Source: the human T2T-CHM13v2.0 reference genome, Homo sapiens. Taken from it: a stretch of DNA of 64,000 nucleotides. Location: NCBI RefSeq assembly GCF_009914755.1, contig NC_060947.1. One strand, written 5' to 3'. The position numbers and the translations under genes are program-made. The notes below the pieces were generated by a model. It made no database searches. It was not told the DNA's origin and saw nothing but the letters and a program-made list of their open reading frames with translations. This document shows, one piece after another, positions 31,631 to 47,258 of the stretch; the first letter of the stretch is position 1, and each line of letters opens with the position of its first letter.

Positions 31631-32189
31631 ATTAAGCAGTTTTATCCAAAGTCAGGGATGCCATCATAGGAAGCCGAATGAGACTCCTTGGCAGTGATCT
31701 GGTGTTGAGTCACTTCAGGGTGATGGGAGAAGCACAGATGAAGGCAGTCCCATCCTGATAGGGCTAGGGCTCCTCCAGAGACTGCACATAAGTGCCCTGT
31801 TTGCTACCAGAAAGCACTCACATGTGAGGGAGAGTCTGGTTTAATGTCCCCCTAGTTGGTGAACACTCTCCAATCTTAACCACAAGTTTCCCACGTGTCT
31901 CTGACATGGAGTGCCATGAGAGAAGAGTTTTCTACTAGATACTCAGGCAGCATTTTGTTCTTTTACTTGGCCCTCACGTGTACCTTCAACTTGGGTTTTA
32001 CCCCTAAAAACTTATGTTGTTGTGTTTGGGGGAAGTCAAAACCAGGACACATGAAGGATTCATATTCTGGAGCTTGTCTACTTAAAATGACCAATGCTTT
32101 CAAACAATTATTTCATATTCGTATGCCTCAGATTCTTCAGGAAGAAACTGAGTAGCTTGAATGATAGTCATGGGTTCTGAATTGTACAT

Positions 32190-32541
32190 TGTATTAGTCC
32201 ATTTTCACATTGCTGATGAAGACATACCTGAGACTGGGCAAATTACAAAAGGAAAAGGTTTAATGGACTCACAGTTCCACATGGCTGGGGAGGCCTCACA
32301 ATCATGGCGGGAGGCAAGGAGGAACAAGTCACGTTTTACATGGATGACAGCAGGCAAAAAGAGAGCTTGTGCAGGGAAACTCCACCTTATAAAGCCATCA
32401 GATTTCATGAGACTTCTTCACTATCACAAGAACAGCATGGGAAAGACCTGCCCCCATGATTCAATTACCTCCCACCATGTCCCTCCGACAACGTGGGAAT
32501 TCAAGATGAGATTTGGGTGGGGACACAGACAAACCATATCA
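32190..32541 (-). mobile_element. THE1 (THE1B/C-like) MaLR solo LTR
   Basis: TGTATTAGTCCATTTTCAC ... GGGGACACAGACAAACCATATCA; perfect 5-bp TSD TACAT (32185-32189, 32542-32546). Confidence 0.94.
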
Positions 32542-32784
32542 TACATTGAGGAATTTTAGTTTGGGCAAGGCAGGGAGGTGGGCCTCTGGGAGCAGCAAAT
32601 AGGCAACTCCTGTTAGTGCCTCTAAGTCAATGCAATCTTGCTCTTATTTGCTCTATGCAACTTTATTAGAAGAGAGGAAGTTCCTACTTAAAAGGTAGTT
32701 TTTATTAGCCCCACCTGTGCAATTTCACTTGAAGACATCTGCTACTAAAAGTAGTTTGAAAACTACTGTACTAAAAAATGGAGT

Positions 32785-33454
32785 CCACTGTCTTTTTTTG
32801 TATGGTCTCCAAGCTAACAAAGGTTTTGATATTTATAGATGGTTAAAAATGTCAGAAAAGAGGAATACAAATTAAGCATTCCTAATCTGAAAATCCAAAA
32901 ATCTAAAATGCTCCAAAATCCAAAACTTTCCTGGTGCTAACATGACTTCATAAGCGGATAATTCCATACTTGGCCTCATGTGACTGGGTTTCAGTGAAAA
33001 TGCAGTCAAAATTTCATTTTGTGCACACAATTATTAAAAATACTGTATAAAACTACCCTCATGCTATGTGTATAAGCGGTATATGAAACATAAAGGAATT
33101 TCTTCTTTAGACTTGAGTCCCATTTCTGAGATATCTCTCTATGTAAATGCAAATATTCAAAAATCAGAATAAATCAGAAATTTGAAACACAGTCTCAAGC
33201 ATTTCAGATAAGGGATACTCAACCTATATTCCATTATGCACATAAATTATATGAGATTCGGATTTTAGTGTCCATAAATATAGTCTTATTGGAACACAGC
33301 CACACCCATTTGTTTACATATTGTTAATGGCTGCTTTTTATTGTCTATGGTGCTTCAGCAGCAGAGCTGACTATTTACCACAATGACTATATGATTCACA
33401 AAGCCTACAATTTTTACTACCTAGTCCTTTACAAGGAAAGTTTGCTAAGCCCTG
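32785..33454 (+). mobile_element. MER58B (hAT-Charlie) split by a Tigger MITE
   Basis: TTTTGTATGG..CCAAGCTAA (left); TTATTGGAACACAGCCACACCCATTTGTTTAC...AAAGTTTGCTAAGCCCTG (right). Confidence 0.8.
32868..33226. mobile_element. Tigger4b/MER46-like MITE nested in MER58B
   Basis: Degenerate TIR CAAATTAAGCATTCCTAATC ... GATAAGGGATACTCAACCT; TA dinucleotide on both sides. Confidence 0.82.
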
Positions 33455-35145
33455 ACCTAGATGATTATTAGGATCCTTTTCTACCCCCAACATTTGATTT
33501 TTGTTCATCTTTGTGGAACCATATTGACTGGCTATGTAAGATTCTTCTCAAAGCAAATTGAATCAAGCCAGGACTCTTTCACTATGTTATAAAATCGATT
33601 TAATTATGTTACAACAATCCTTCTCATTTGAGAACATACACTACCTAACTAATCCATGTCTTTCAATCTGCCTTCACCTTCATTCTGAATGGCGTTTGGT
33701 ATATTCTACTTTGTTATGTTGAACATTTCTTTTTTTATAGTATTTTAACGGGGCAGCATAAAATTGCATGGCTCCTCTGCAATGTAAGTACTTTAGCACG
33801 ACAGAGTTATAGGGTTGTAAGGAAGCTTGAGATGCCATCTAATCTCTCCTACTCCTTCTGGACAGAATTATACTTAAAGTACCCTGGAAAGGTTTTGGTT
33901 TACTGTAGTCTTTAAAAATCCCTCCACAAGAACATTTCCAAATACTCACTTTGTAGCACATCAGCTGTCAAATGATTTGTAACTTGGGTGCCTATGTCTG
34001 ACCAAAAGTATATTTAGAGTTGTTCCATTTTAAGGCTTTAAAATGGTTTATTAATAGGGCAGTACTTCCAGCTACTCAAACCTTGATTTTTATTCCAGCC
34101 CTGAGTCTTAAATCTGGGCAAGCACGGCTTCTCAGACATGGTATCTTCTAAGGGCAGTGATTAAGAGGCAGGACCTGGGAGACTACTCTGTTGTTGCATG
34201 CTCTATTCTCCCCTCCACACTGTAAAATCCTCGCGGATAGGAGCAGGATTTCTTTTTTTTCCTAACTCCCATAGCACACACAGAGTGTATTGAAGAATGT
34301 TCAGCCCAACCTCTTTGCAAGCATCTTTATTACAAAAGATGAAGGGAGGGTGGATGTAATCAAATATGTACTTTATATTGGAAAGCAACCAAGCCTCTCT
34401 GTGCATGCACTACCCTCATACAATCGATAATAAATTAGCATTTTATTTATACTGTATAATGCCGTTCTTTTCAGGAGTCTGATTTGGAAGCCAACTACTG
34501 TTTGTGTTCTCCAAAGTGGTTTTTGATGGAGTGCTAATTATGTTTCACCTCAAGAGCAATGCTGACGGGGGACCACAATCGCCTTATTGTAGTAGATCCA
34601 GCTGATGAATCTCCAAGGATAGCCTCATGCTATATTCTGGGGGGCAAGTAAATATAAAAATACATTTTTGATCAAGAAAATGATACCATTTACACAACAG
34701 TAGCAGGATTCAGCCTTTGTAAAACAGCTGCATAGCTGCATAACTGTGACGTGATTTTTTTTTTTTTTAGTAGAGAAAAAAACATGGAGGAAAATATATA
34801 TCAACTCAGGACCCTAGCTGAATCTGGGGTTTAGTAGTTCATGGTGGGGGCAGGGGACTATATTTTCAAATAAATCTAGCCTAAGTGAATTTTTGTTCCA
34901 GATAGAAGACCAACTTAATAAATGAGTCCTGCGTAGAGAAGTATGTCACATTTAGCAAAAGAAGACACGCGCAGGTAGAGCCAATCTTTTCACTTGTGCG
35001 AACCTCATTAATCCTGTCACATAAAGTTTTGCACTTGTATTTTAGCTCAACTCAAGGAAGCTTGATCCAGATATTTTTTCAGTATATTTTTCAATACAAC
35101 ATAATAAAGATTGGAGAATATTTTAACTCCACCTTTTTTTCTTTA

Positions 35146-35517
<372 letters not shown>

Positions 35518-36639
35518 CTAGGCTGAGATATATGTATGTATGTATATAGTATATAAAAATGGACGTGCTCTCACATTGCTAGAGGTACATAGACTCTCTG
35601 CATGACTTGGGATTCAGAAAGTGTGTAAAATTAAGTAAGATGACAATAGCAATCCATTAATTATTCTACATCTACCAGAGCACACTTCCATGTTTGGTCC
35701 TGTGCTTTTAAGGAAAGACCTGCCTTTTAGTGTCATGAGGGCTCTCAGGAATGGCATCTTGATGATCACAACATTAAATCCAACTCCTCTGTCAGGCAGC
35801 TAAAGTGTTAATTTATTTTGTAATTAGATCTCTCACCAAAGCTCACAGGAACCTGCATTTGGATCTCATTTGATTATGTATAGACCCTTTTATATATGCC
35901 ATCATATTAAAGGTTCATTCTATGTGGCCTGCCTTATGTGCTCAGTAAACATTTGTTGAATGCTGAAACAAATCACCCTGGGGTTAAAGGAAAGCGTTGA
36001 GGGTCACAGAGGTTGACTTGCCAAACGTTACTAAGCTACTATGGGGCTAAGGCAGGAGTGAATAGTTGCTGCTTTAGGCAACTCCACCCACCCCCGACCC
36101 CGTTTGTGCTCTTTCTTTTTTTCTAAATTGTTCTAGCAGTCTATGATTTGGTGTACTTCTTTGGTTAAAAAAAAAAACACACACGAACAAACAAACAAAA
36201 CCTTAAGGGTCTTTAAAAAATAATAAGTTATCTGTTATTGAGGACTTAATTTTGTGCACTACACTGTACCAAATGCTTTATATTTATTAACCTATTTCTT
36301 TTTAAGCAATAAATCTAAAAGCTTGGTATTCTTATCCCCATTGAAAAATTACTTTAAATAAAAAAAACCTCTCCAATGACTTTTATTATATTCACATAAA
36401 GCTAATGGGGCCGATTAAATGTTTATTGTTAAATATCCATGAATCATTTCAAATATATATGTATTTTTATAATTGTAACTCATAGATAATAATACAGTTG
36501 GGCTACAAAAGCTATTTGGAGGAAGACAACAATTCTAAATGGAATGTGATTTGTGTTTGTCAAGATTATGTCAGCAATCTATGATTTTAGCAATTTATTT
36601 GGTCCATACGTGGATAGAAAATATCAAGCACAGGGAAGG

Positions 36640-36800
36640 AAAGTATAAACATTTGTTCAGCAACTACTATGTGTCAGACATCATTGATGTTTGCCATATT
36701 TAGATGTCACAAGGACCCTGTGAGATCCTTTAAACATTTTCTGTAATTAAAGATGAAGCAACTGAGTCTCATGGAAATTGGGAAATTTGCTCAAATACTT
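36640..36800 (-). mobile_element. MIR relic
   Basis: CTACTATGTGTCAGACA, ACCCTGTGAG and AGATGAAGCAACTGAGTCTC motifs. Confidence 0.55.
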
Positions 36801-37316
36801 TACTTTGACCCAAAGGAAAATGCAAGTAAACCCATACCACTGGCTGAATATTGGGTTTTAAGGGTTTATAGGGAGAAATATTTTTCAAAATGTATCTGAC
36901 TTGGGTGGGTCTTGAGTCTAGATAGAATAAAGCACTCTATCTTCTGTGACCTGGGAAAGGGGTGCCGTTGGGGGTGGGAGGAGTCGGGATGGAAAATCAG
37001 GTCTGTTTAGGACCAAATTTAGTTCCCATTTAAAACACTGAACTGCTTCCAAAGAAATTAAACTCATGACCTTGGTCTACATGAAATGAAGCCAGATAAA
37101 TTAACCTGACATACACACTTATATAAGAAATCCTTGAAAAGGAAGAGCTGATGAAACCAGGGAATCATATTTCCTGTAAGAAAAGTTGGTAAAAATACCA
37201 GTGAGGTACTTTGGTGTATCATATTATAATACTATCAGTAGTATAAATGAAACGAACAAAAATGGTAAAAAAAAAAAATTGATCTAGAATAATGTCATCA
37301 ACAAAGTATGCAACCA

Positions 37317-37420
37317 TTTCTTTTTTCTTCTTTCCAACTTTTATTTTAGGTTCAAGGCATACATGTGCAGGTTGTTATATGGGTAAATTGCATGTTCCAG
37401 GGGTTTGGTGTACAAATATT
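37317..37420 (-). mobile_element. Very short 5'-truncated L1 3' tip (old L1PA, ~PA15/16-like)
   Basis: TTTCCAACTTTTATTTTAGGTTCA.G..ATACATGTGCAGG...GGTAAATTGCATG...GGTTTGGTGTACAAAT. Confidence 0.8.
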
Positions 37421-38471
37421 ACATATCCTATTCTAAGTGCTGAAAAACTAAAGTTTTTAATGCTCCTATCAGCAAAAAGAGCACCAAGCAAATAAACATG
37501 TCCTAATCATTTGCCATGGTAGTAGATCATTAAAAAAATACATTTATCTTAATTACAGAATACATGCTAAGCAGAGGTTCAGAAATAAAATTTCTAATGG
37601 GAACTGACAGATCGACAAAAGGCTAACATAATATTTGCTTCATTTGTAACAAGTATTGGTTGAAGGGTCCAGGTAACTCAACTAGCCTCAGAATAAAGGA
37701 TGTAAAACTGAAAAGGAGATTTTAAACATTCTTTTTTAGTAGCAAAATTACACACATGTTTTATATTAAAAAGGTAATGAAAGAAAAGGTGGAATTTTAA
37801 AATTACGTGAATTTCTTTGGGATGAAAGCTTCTGGAGGCCTAGTGACTGCTGAACATTTCTAGAAAAGAAGACAGGTGACCAAAAAGCAAATTGGAAACA
37901 AAAGACAGAATGTTTGAAGATGAAGGCCAGAGGTAATCGATTTCATTATTATATTACATCATGTAAAAAATTTCTTATTTCATTTTAAACAGATACACGG
38001 CCATGATGTAGAATTAGATTTTCTTAAAACTCCAAAGAAAAAGAAATAGCAATTTAGAAAAGCAAATTGTAGGATAAGATATCAAACTAGTTAGTCATCC
38101 AGTTGCTTCTAATGTCAAGTGTTTTCTACTTTCTGGCACACACCCTTGCTATTGCTTTTCCATTTCTCCCTGGTCATTCTCCTCCTTTAGTGTCCAACTC
38201 AGACTTCAGCCACCCAGACAAAGTATTTTCTTCTCCTACTCTTCTGATTGTGCTGAGCCACTTTGCTGCCTCTAGCCCTGCCACAGCACCTGTTGAATTT
38301 GCATTTCAGGTGGCCGTTGAAATTGCATTTCAGTTCTGAGCTCTGGTGGATAGGAACCAGGTGCCATTGATGTTTTTCACTTTTTCATATATTCTCAGTG
38401 CCTTCCCAGTTGTTTAGCCTTCACCTGTCTTGCCCTTCTCTGAATTCCAGTCCCATCAGCTTTCTTTCTGT

Positions 38472-38516
38472 CCCCATCCTTGTCATAAAGCCCCATCCTT
38501 GTCATAAAGCCCCATC
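38472..38516. repeat. Perfect 19-bp tandem duplication (2.4 copies)
   Basis: CCCCATCCTTGTCATAAAG x2 + CCCCATC. Confidence 0.95.
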
Positions 38517-38707
38517 ACAGCATTTGCCCTATGCCTGGGCTACTCTTACTTCTCTTTGCCTAATTATTTCCTGCGTGTCCTTCACATCCCATCTCAGAGA
38601 GGCCTTCGGTGACCTCTTCATTTAGATCAAATTGCCTTGCGTTGATAGTGTTGTGTACCTAGCATTGGGCACATTTGCAATTATAAATTTGTTTATTAAG
38701 ATTTTAC

Positions 38708-39007
38708 GGCCGGGCGTGGTGGCTCACGCCTGTAATCCCAGCACTTTGGGAGGCCTAGGCGGGAGGATCACGAGGTCAGGAGATCAAGACCATCCTGGCT
38801 AACACGGTGAAACCCCCTCTCTACTAAAAATACAAAAAATTAGCCGGGCGTGGTGGCGGGCGCCTGTAGTCCCAGCTACTCGGGAGGCTGAGGCAGGAGA
38901 ATGGCATGAACCCCGGGAGGCGGAGCTTGCAGTGAGCTGAGATCGCGCCATTGCATTCCAGCCTGGGCAACAGATCGAGACTCTACCTCAAAAAAAAAAA
39001 AAAAAAA
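38708..39007 (+). mobile_element. AluY, inserted into an L2 relic
   Basis: Y diagnostics GATCACGAGGTCAGGAGATC, CCATCCTGGCTAACACGG, GAATGGC, GGAGCTTGCAG; many intact CpGs; perfect TSD AAGATTTTAC (38698-38707, 39008-39017). Confidence 0.97.
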
Positions 39008-40175
39008 AAGATTTTACACCCCTACCAGACTATAAATGTAATGGGGGCATATACTATGTCCATATTTCACTTAAGGTTATATCCGTAGCTCATTTCATAG
39101 GGCTGTACGTATAGTAGATGGCCAATAAACATTTGTGAAATACATTGATAATATGGGGTGTGTAACATTTGTACTTTTGAATCTAATAAATACTCATGGT
39201 TTAAGTCAATTATCAGTGGTTTATGGTTCAAGATGTTTGCTCTTAATTTTTCTTCACTGTATCAAATAGAGATATTGAAATTTCACTTTTACCATTTTCC
39301 ACATTTTTTTCCAGTTCCAGTAAAATTCAGATTTAGTAACCCTTTCCTACATTATTTCTTTCCCCAGTTATTTTAAGAGCATTTCAGTAGATAAGCTGGT
39401 AACAGGGGAGAAGGAAAAGAAACTAAAGGGAAGGAAAAGATATTCCTGATAAAAAAGGTTTAACTATCTTGCCAAAATGAGGTTCTAAGGGAATTTGATT
39501 AAAGAAGTATTAAATATATGGACATTTGTATATTTGATACTCAATTTTCAAAGACCTTTTCCCTTTAATAAAGTAGTCAAGTGCTTTTACATGTGGGCTG
39601 TCTGACCCCAGTAGGGGCATAAAAAGGCTAAGAATTCTGGCTTGTTGGATTATGGCAGTTGGACATTTGAAACCTACAATTTTGATGTGCATCCAAAATG
39701 CCACTGGCTAAAGAGACCCCCCTCTAACCCTGTCCTTGCTTGTGCTACAGCTAGAAGCACACAGGTGAGAGCAGAATGAAACACCTAAGAAATCTAAAGA
39801 ATTGGAGTTTAGGACCAGAAAATGAAGGTTGGTGTTCGAGAGGCTAACTGGAGATTTTATAATGTCTGGCACTCTGGGGAAGAGAACCCACAGTGTAAAG
39901 TTTAAGGAAGTAAAATGTATCTACTCCTTTATATTAGGCGGTAGTGTATTTTGCCTGTGTTTTTGTTATAATCAACAACATTGTGTTATGATTGATCCAT
40001 TTTAGGTCTCTCTTTTGCAAGACTCTCTGGGTTCCTTGGATGATGAAAAGGTTGTTTTGTATTTTCATATGTCCAGCACTGAGCAATGTGCTTAACACTT
40101 AATAGATGCTCCAGAGATATTTGCTGAATGAATTCCCATGTCCTCCAAATTTGTCCTATCCTCTCTGATTAGTTT

Positions 40176-41590
<1,415 letters not shown>

Positions 41591-42052
41591 CTCCAATTAG
41601 TTGTAAGCATATTTTTTAAACCATGCTTACCTATGTTATACTATAGTTGTGTAAAGATAATTTAAAGCATTAACAAAGGATTTAACCATTTAGTAATCAG
41701 AGAAGGAAAAACGTGTTAGAAAAAAATGAAGAGATTAATCTTTGTACTTTAGCTCAAGAAAACCTGGGTTTCTTGGTAAAAAAAAAAAAAATGTAGATTC
41801 TTGGGTCTAATCCTGGATCTAATGAACAAGAATTTTTTGGATGATGCCCAGGAATCTGCCTTTAAAAAGTCAGTTACTTTTGGGGACCAGTGTTTTGAGA
41901 TATAAATGTTAAGGAGATGGGCAGGAAAACAAATATTCTTACTAGCATTGTTTTATCTTGACTTTTTCATGTCTGAGTGTGGGAAAATCACTCTATAACA
42001 CTTCACTTGTGATAAACCGCTCCAGATTCCAAAGCAGAAGCAGAGTGAGGAT

Positions 42053-42053
<1 letters not shown>

Positions 42054-42105
<52 letters not shown>
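42054..42105. repeat. (GT)n microsatellite, ~26 units
   Basis: Directly visible, uninterrupted. Confidence 0.98.
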
Positions 42106-42106
<1 letters not shown>

Positions 42107-44229
42107 GGAGTTACTGGGTTGCCATTAAACTTAATTGACTCTAGTTATTTCTGTTTTCTCATGTCATGCCCAGGATAAATAATGAGTCTCAAAAGCATTG
42201 AAATACTTTTGACCCCTAAAAAACAATCTATTAGTGTTTTGATTTTATAATACATGTAAGAGTTATTTGTTACACCTGTTTCTTCTCTTTTTTATCCTCC
42301 ACTCTTGTCAAAATGTCAGTCATTAAATAATAGGTATTTTAGATAAGAATTAAATATGTAGATATTTATTCACAAAGACCCTGCAATTTTCCCCAAAATA
42401 GAAAAAGCCAACTTTTGTCTTCAGTGAAAGACAGAAAGGGTAACATATGATATGAATTATTAGATATAGGATACTCAAATTCAAATTTGTTTATTATAAA
42501 TTTGTTATTTTAGAAATGACAGCTAGGACATGGAATGACTAAAAATATGTACATTCAATAACACATTTAGAAATACAGGAAATTTTAGAACTAGGTACTT
42601 TGAGAATTAAGAGATTAAGAAGGGATTATTTTCTATCTGCACAGTTCTCAGGGAATAGATATGATGAGTGATCCTAACTATTTGAGTAAATGTCAACTGC
42701 CAGCAGACACCACCAGCTTATATCGAAGAAAAGTCACAAAAAATATGAAGAGATTCATCACACTGGGAATGGAAAACATCGAATAAGTCAGCAAGTCCAG
42801 CAAAAGAAGAAAGTATTACAAGTATAATTTAAAAATAGTTTTGGCAAGAGGAGGTTGGGGAGAAAGCAGAGTAGGCTATAATAATAATTATAACTCAAAG
42901 ATGGGCCAGACCTAAATGTACACCTTGGCCTCTTTCCATCCTAAAATGTTCTATATTAGCAAAAGAGGTGTTATGATTTATACTCAGCTCCAAGTCTAGA
43001 CTGGTTTAGGTTTCCTGTGTTTAATTCTGCTTCTTTCTTAACAAAAAAATCTAGTCATCTAGATCTCAAGTGAAATGTGCAATTGAAGGTATAAAAATAA
43101 AATTCAATTGAGGAAGGCAAGTTTGTCCTTAAAATAAAATTTAAAATACCAGCATTTATTTTTAAAAAACTACCTAATTACATCTAGTCCCATACATATG
43201 TTCAAGATTAATATGCAACTGATGCATGAAAATAAAATTCAGCTGAGGGTAACTACTGTCTCATTAAAAAGAAAATAGAAAACTAGCATTTCTATGAAAA
43301 CGTCTAGCTAATCATATAAAAACTCATATACATGTGCATTGACAAGTAAATGCTGGTGATATATTATTTGATTGAGGTCAATTTTTATTCTAAATATTTT
43401 TGCATAGTGGGAATTTGTTATGTTAAATAATTTTGGGATTGGATCTCTGAGAGGGCTTAGTAATATATTTTATATTAAATTAATCACAGTGAAAAAATCT
43501 TTGAAATAGGCTTGATGTTTATAATTATAGTATTCTGTGTTTAAACGTGAAAACATTGTCTCCTTTTAAAAATGGTATTAACTCTAGGAGACAGGATATA
43601 TAATGATCAATTCTTTCTACCATGAAACTCTATTAATTACTAAAAGTGTTAGTATGCAAAATACAATATAAGTTGATAAGAAAAACCAATTCACATTTGA
43701 TACCCAGTGGACAAATTAGAATAAAATATTATAATGTTCAAAGAACACTCTATATTCCATAATGTTCTCTGTTAAGCCTGTGTCCTTCTGAGTATGGTGA
43801 GTGGCAATTCTGGCCTTACCTTCAAACATCTGCTTCATGTTTAAATTAAATTATGCTACGTGCTTGTCCCTGCATAAGAGTAGCAAATACTGAAAGTACA
43901 GTGAAAGGGATAGTAAAAGACTTCTAAGTAGGAGAAGTATTAAAAATATTCTCCAGCTGGTAAGGCTGGAACACTGATGATCAAGACAGTTCTGTTGAAG
44001 GGTGGGAGGCGCCCTCTTCTTTGCTCCTTCAGGTGTTAACCTTTTTTTTTTAGATGGTGGTTGATTGCAGGGCCTGGAGGAGGGCTTGAGTGTGGCCTGT
44101 GTGGCCTGGGTCTAGAGAAGCTGTTATTTACCAACCAATTTGGAAAGAGTTTAACTACGGTATTTAAAACTGTGGCAGCTGTATCTGACCAAAAGTTAAG
44201 CTTCTGAACTTTTCCCCATAGATCACAGA

Positions 44230-44560
44230 GGGCGGGCCTCCAGGGAAGGTTTCAAGCAGGAGGCTGACTTGAGGAGGTTTTTGTTTTAGAAAGAGCCTTC
44301 AGGTAGCAATGTTGAAGATGATGGATTGCATGAGTTTGAGAAAACATTCAGGAGGATTGGTTTTAAAACCTAAGAAAAGAATTGAGGTAGTGGCTAGGGA
44401 GCAGAAGTGAAGAAATGGATGTGAGAACTACTTTGGAGGAATAATTTTACAGAGTCAGTGACAGTTTTAGAATTGGATAGGGTGTGAGTTTGACTCCCAG
44501 GATTCTGGCTTGGACCACTGTGGAAAATAGTACCATTACCTGGGAGAGGATAAAGATGTA
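44230..44560 (-). mobile_element. L2 relic
   Basis: GAAGGTTTCAAGCAGG, TTTTAGAAAGA and TGACTCCCAGGATTCTGGCTTGG motifs. Confidence 0.55.
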
Positions 44561-44789
44561 GTGGTGTCTGTTACTTGTTTGTCTGGTTTGCTGGCTGATT
44601 GGTTGGCTTTATTTAATTAATTTTCTGAGAAGAGCCATGTTTATAAGCTGCAGGCACAACTGCAAATACATTAATTTAAACATATAATAGTGCGGCTTTC
44701 TCTGTCGGACAACAAAAAAGAACCAGAAAAGGAAGGGGGTGAGGGGCTGAATAACATTCCATGATCACCTATTATACTCTTTTAACTAA

Positions 44790-44960
44790 TTTTGGAATCA
44801 CATTCATGCCATACAGAGGATAGTACTGTTGCCATTTCACAGATGAGAATTCTGACTTACCAGGTTTGAATGACTGGCCTACTTTCTCATAGTCAGAATG
44901 TGGCAGCGTCACAATTTAAATCCATTTCTGTCCATCTTCAGGGTCTCAGTCTTTAACTGT
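44790..44960 (-). mobile_element. MIR relic
   Basis: CCATTTCACAGATGAGAATTCTGA...TGAATGACTGGCC...GTGGCAG. Confidence 0.6.
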
Positions 44961-45294
44961 ATGAAAATACCTCCAAAATGGAAAAGAGTGAAAAAGAATG
45001 AAAGGGAAGAAAAGAAAAGAAAAGGGAAAGAACGAAGAAAAAAGTATTTAGAGTGACCAAAGAAGAAGAAAGCAAATTCCAATTGAAAGGGACCAAGCAG
45101 AGATGCTCATCCATGAGCAGGTCTTACCCCCGCCTAGACAAGTTCATAGTCCTCCCTAAAGGTGGCAGGAAGTTTACACAGAATATTAGTTCCTCATAGG
45201 TGTCCCTAGCCTTCAGGTGACCTGAACATGCAGCCAGTAAGTGAACTGGTATCAGTTTATGGCCAAACCACTGCTCTCTAGACTTCTGCTTTTA

Positions 45295-45570
45295 GAGTGG
45301 TGCTTTTCAACCTGGGCTGCTGCAGATCCTCACATTCTTTCCGGTCTGTGGAGTAATTGAGAGTAGGCTATTAGAAACTTTTATAGGAATCTGACTGAGT
45401 ACTGTTGTATCTGCTGGATCCAGTAATTTTAAAACGGGATTGTATTTTGTATGTCTGTTTCATTTTTCAAGTCATTGGCATTGCGTTTTATGAAATAATA
45501 TATCTGTGATGAATCAGAAACAAAGGAACAAAAACTGGCCCTTCACCACAGATAATTTGAGAAGTAAGCT
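45295..45570. mobile_element. Probable hAT-Charlie MITE relic
   Basis: TGCTTTTCAACCT start and CCTTCACCACAGATAATTTGAGAAG end; family unresolved. Confidence 0.4.
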
Positions 45571-47258
45571 TTAGAGCATCAAAAGAAAAAAAGATGATGA
45601 GAACCTGATAGGTGTTTTTGTGCTCTTGGTAACAGAGACTTTCTCTTATAAATGTGATGGTTTAGTGAACTGCCTTTACATAGCGATCTATTGGCCCCAT
45701 ATACAAATATAATCAAATGATTTGTGTCATTTGAAGCTACACAATAGATGAACCTGGTTTTTGTAATTTAACAAAAAATCCAATTTATGTAACATATTAA
45801 AAGAAGCATTATCAACTTGTTTTCTCCTCAAAAGACTGTAGCTGTTAAACTCCTTAATTACTTCATTTTCACTCTCAGTGTAACATTAGCAGTTTAGCAC
45901 TTCAAGTACAAAAATGATTAATGAGCCTGAGAATTCATTCGCATACATATCACTTTGCATCTTGACATAACCCTGGAGCCTGTTCTCTATTCTAGCCATA
46001 GACATACTTCCCTAGCAAATATCTTATTGCATATTAAATGCCTAATCATTGCAAAGTATGCATAATTATAGTCATCTTTCCTGTTTTTTTCTACGCAAAC
46101 AAAAAAGACAACAAATCAAATGCATTCAAATGTAACTAACATTTTAAACCAAAGTATAAATCCATAGGGAGCATCATGATTTTTGCATTGTAACTGTCCC
46201 CGAAAATTCAATTGTGATTTGAGCTGAAGTGTCATTCATCTAAAAATGTATCTTTAAAATTTTTTTGAACATGAAGGAAAAGACTTTCAATTTCTATATT
46301 TATATGTATGTGAGTACTGTGACTTGGGAAAATATGACGAGAGTAAAGACTGCATTGTGGATTCAGAGAATAAGATTTTATTTGGAGTTACTGTAAGAAA
46401 TATCTGCAGGGGGCTATTTCTGTCTAACCATCCTTGGCTTGCATTGGTGACATGTGCCTACATGTTTCTTTTAGCTTTAGTGAATTTCTTTTTTGATCTC
46501 CTCCAAGGTGATCCCACAGTGCTGACTTTGTCCAATCATTCCCGAGGCTTAATCTTTTAAGTATGATCAATGGTTCTTTGTGTCTTTGCCTTCCCTTGTT
46601 TTTTCTACTGTATTCTGTGGAGTTCAGCCACAGCTCTGTGCTGTCCCTACCTAATAATCCTCTTTTCCCTACATGCTGATCACCTCTAAGCTACACTCTA
46701 CTACATTCAGTATGGAATCAGGAAGACTAAATGAACTTTTTCTCAGAACTCAGAGAACTGCACTTGTCAGGCTTGTTGCCATTACACAACATTGTAGTTA
46801 CTGGAAGGTGAACCAAACAACTTCCAGGGGCCTTTCATGTGCAAGGGAAGAGCAGAACTGTAGACTACTTGCTAGACTCTAAATCTGGTCTCCAATTGTT
46901 TTTGTTCATGTAGGTAAAGCTATATGCTCTAAATTTGTACCTGTTTCCATTTGCTTTTAGAGGGAGACATTTAGTTCGGGGACAAAATAAATAATGTCCA
47001 TTGAACTGGACATAGTCAAATATTTCCAATAAATTTTTAAAACCATGTGTGTACTCCGGTAAAGCACAGGTATCATTTTCTCACTGCACAAGTGTATACT
47101 ACAAATGCAGTCTTGCGGCTGGACATCTCTGACCAACAACTAGACCACTGAAATTGCAAGGCAATGCAGTCAACTAAGGCACTGAGGCACTGTTCCCAGG
47201 AAAGATCGTTTGATTATGATACAATCAGGACTCCTTATCTAGACCCATACTTGATAAA

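Noticed and set aside
37933-37992. GT...AG segment resembling a 60-nt intron
   Set aside because: Shorter than typical human introns, and the joined flanks give no sustained ORF.
43814-43872. Possible 50-nt minus-strand exon (CAG|...GAAG|GTAAGG) containing ATG AAG CAG ATG TTT GAA
   Set aside because: Weak pyrimidine tract and no recognisable protein or partner exons; compatible with chance.
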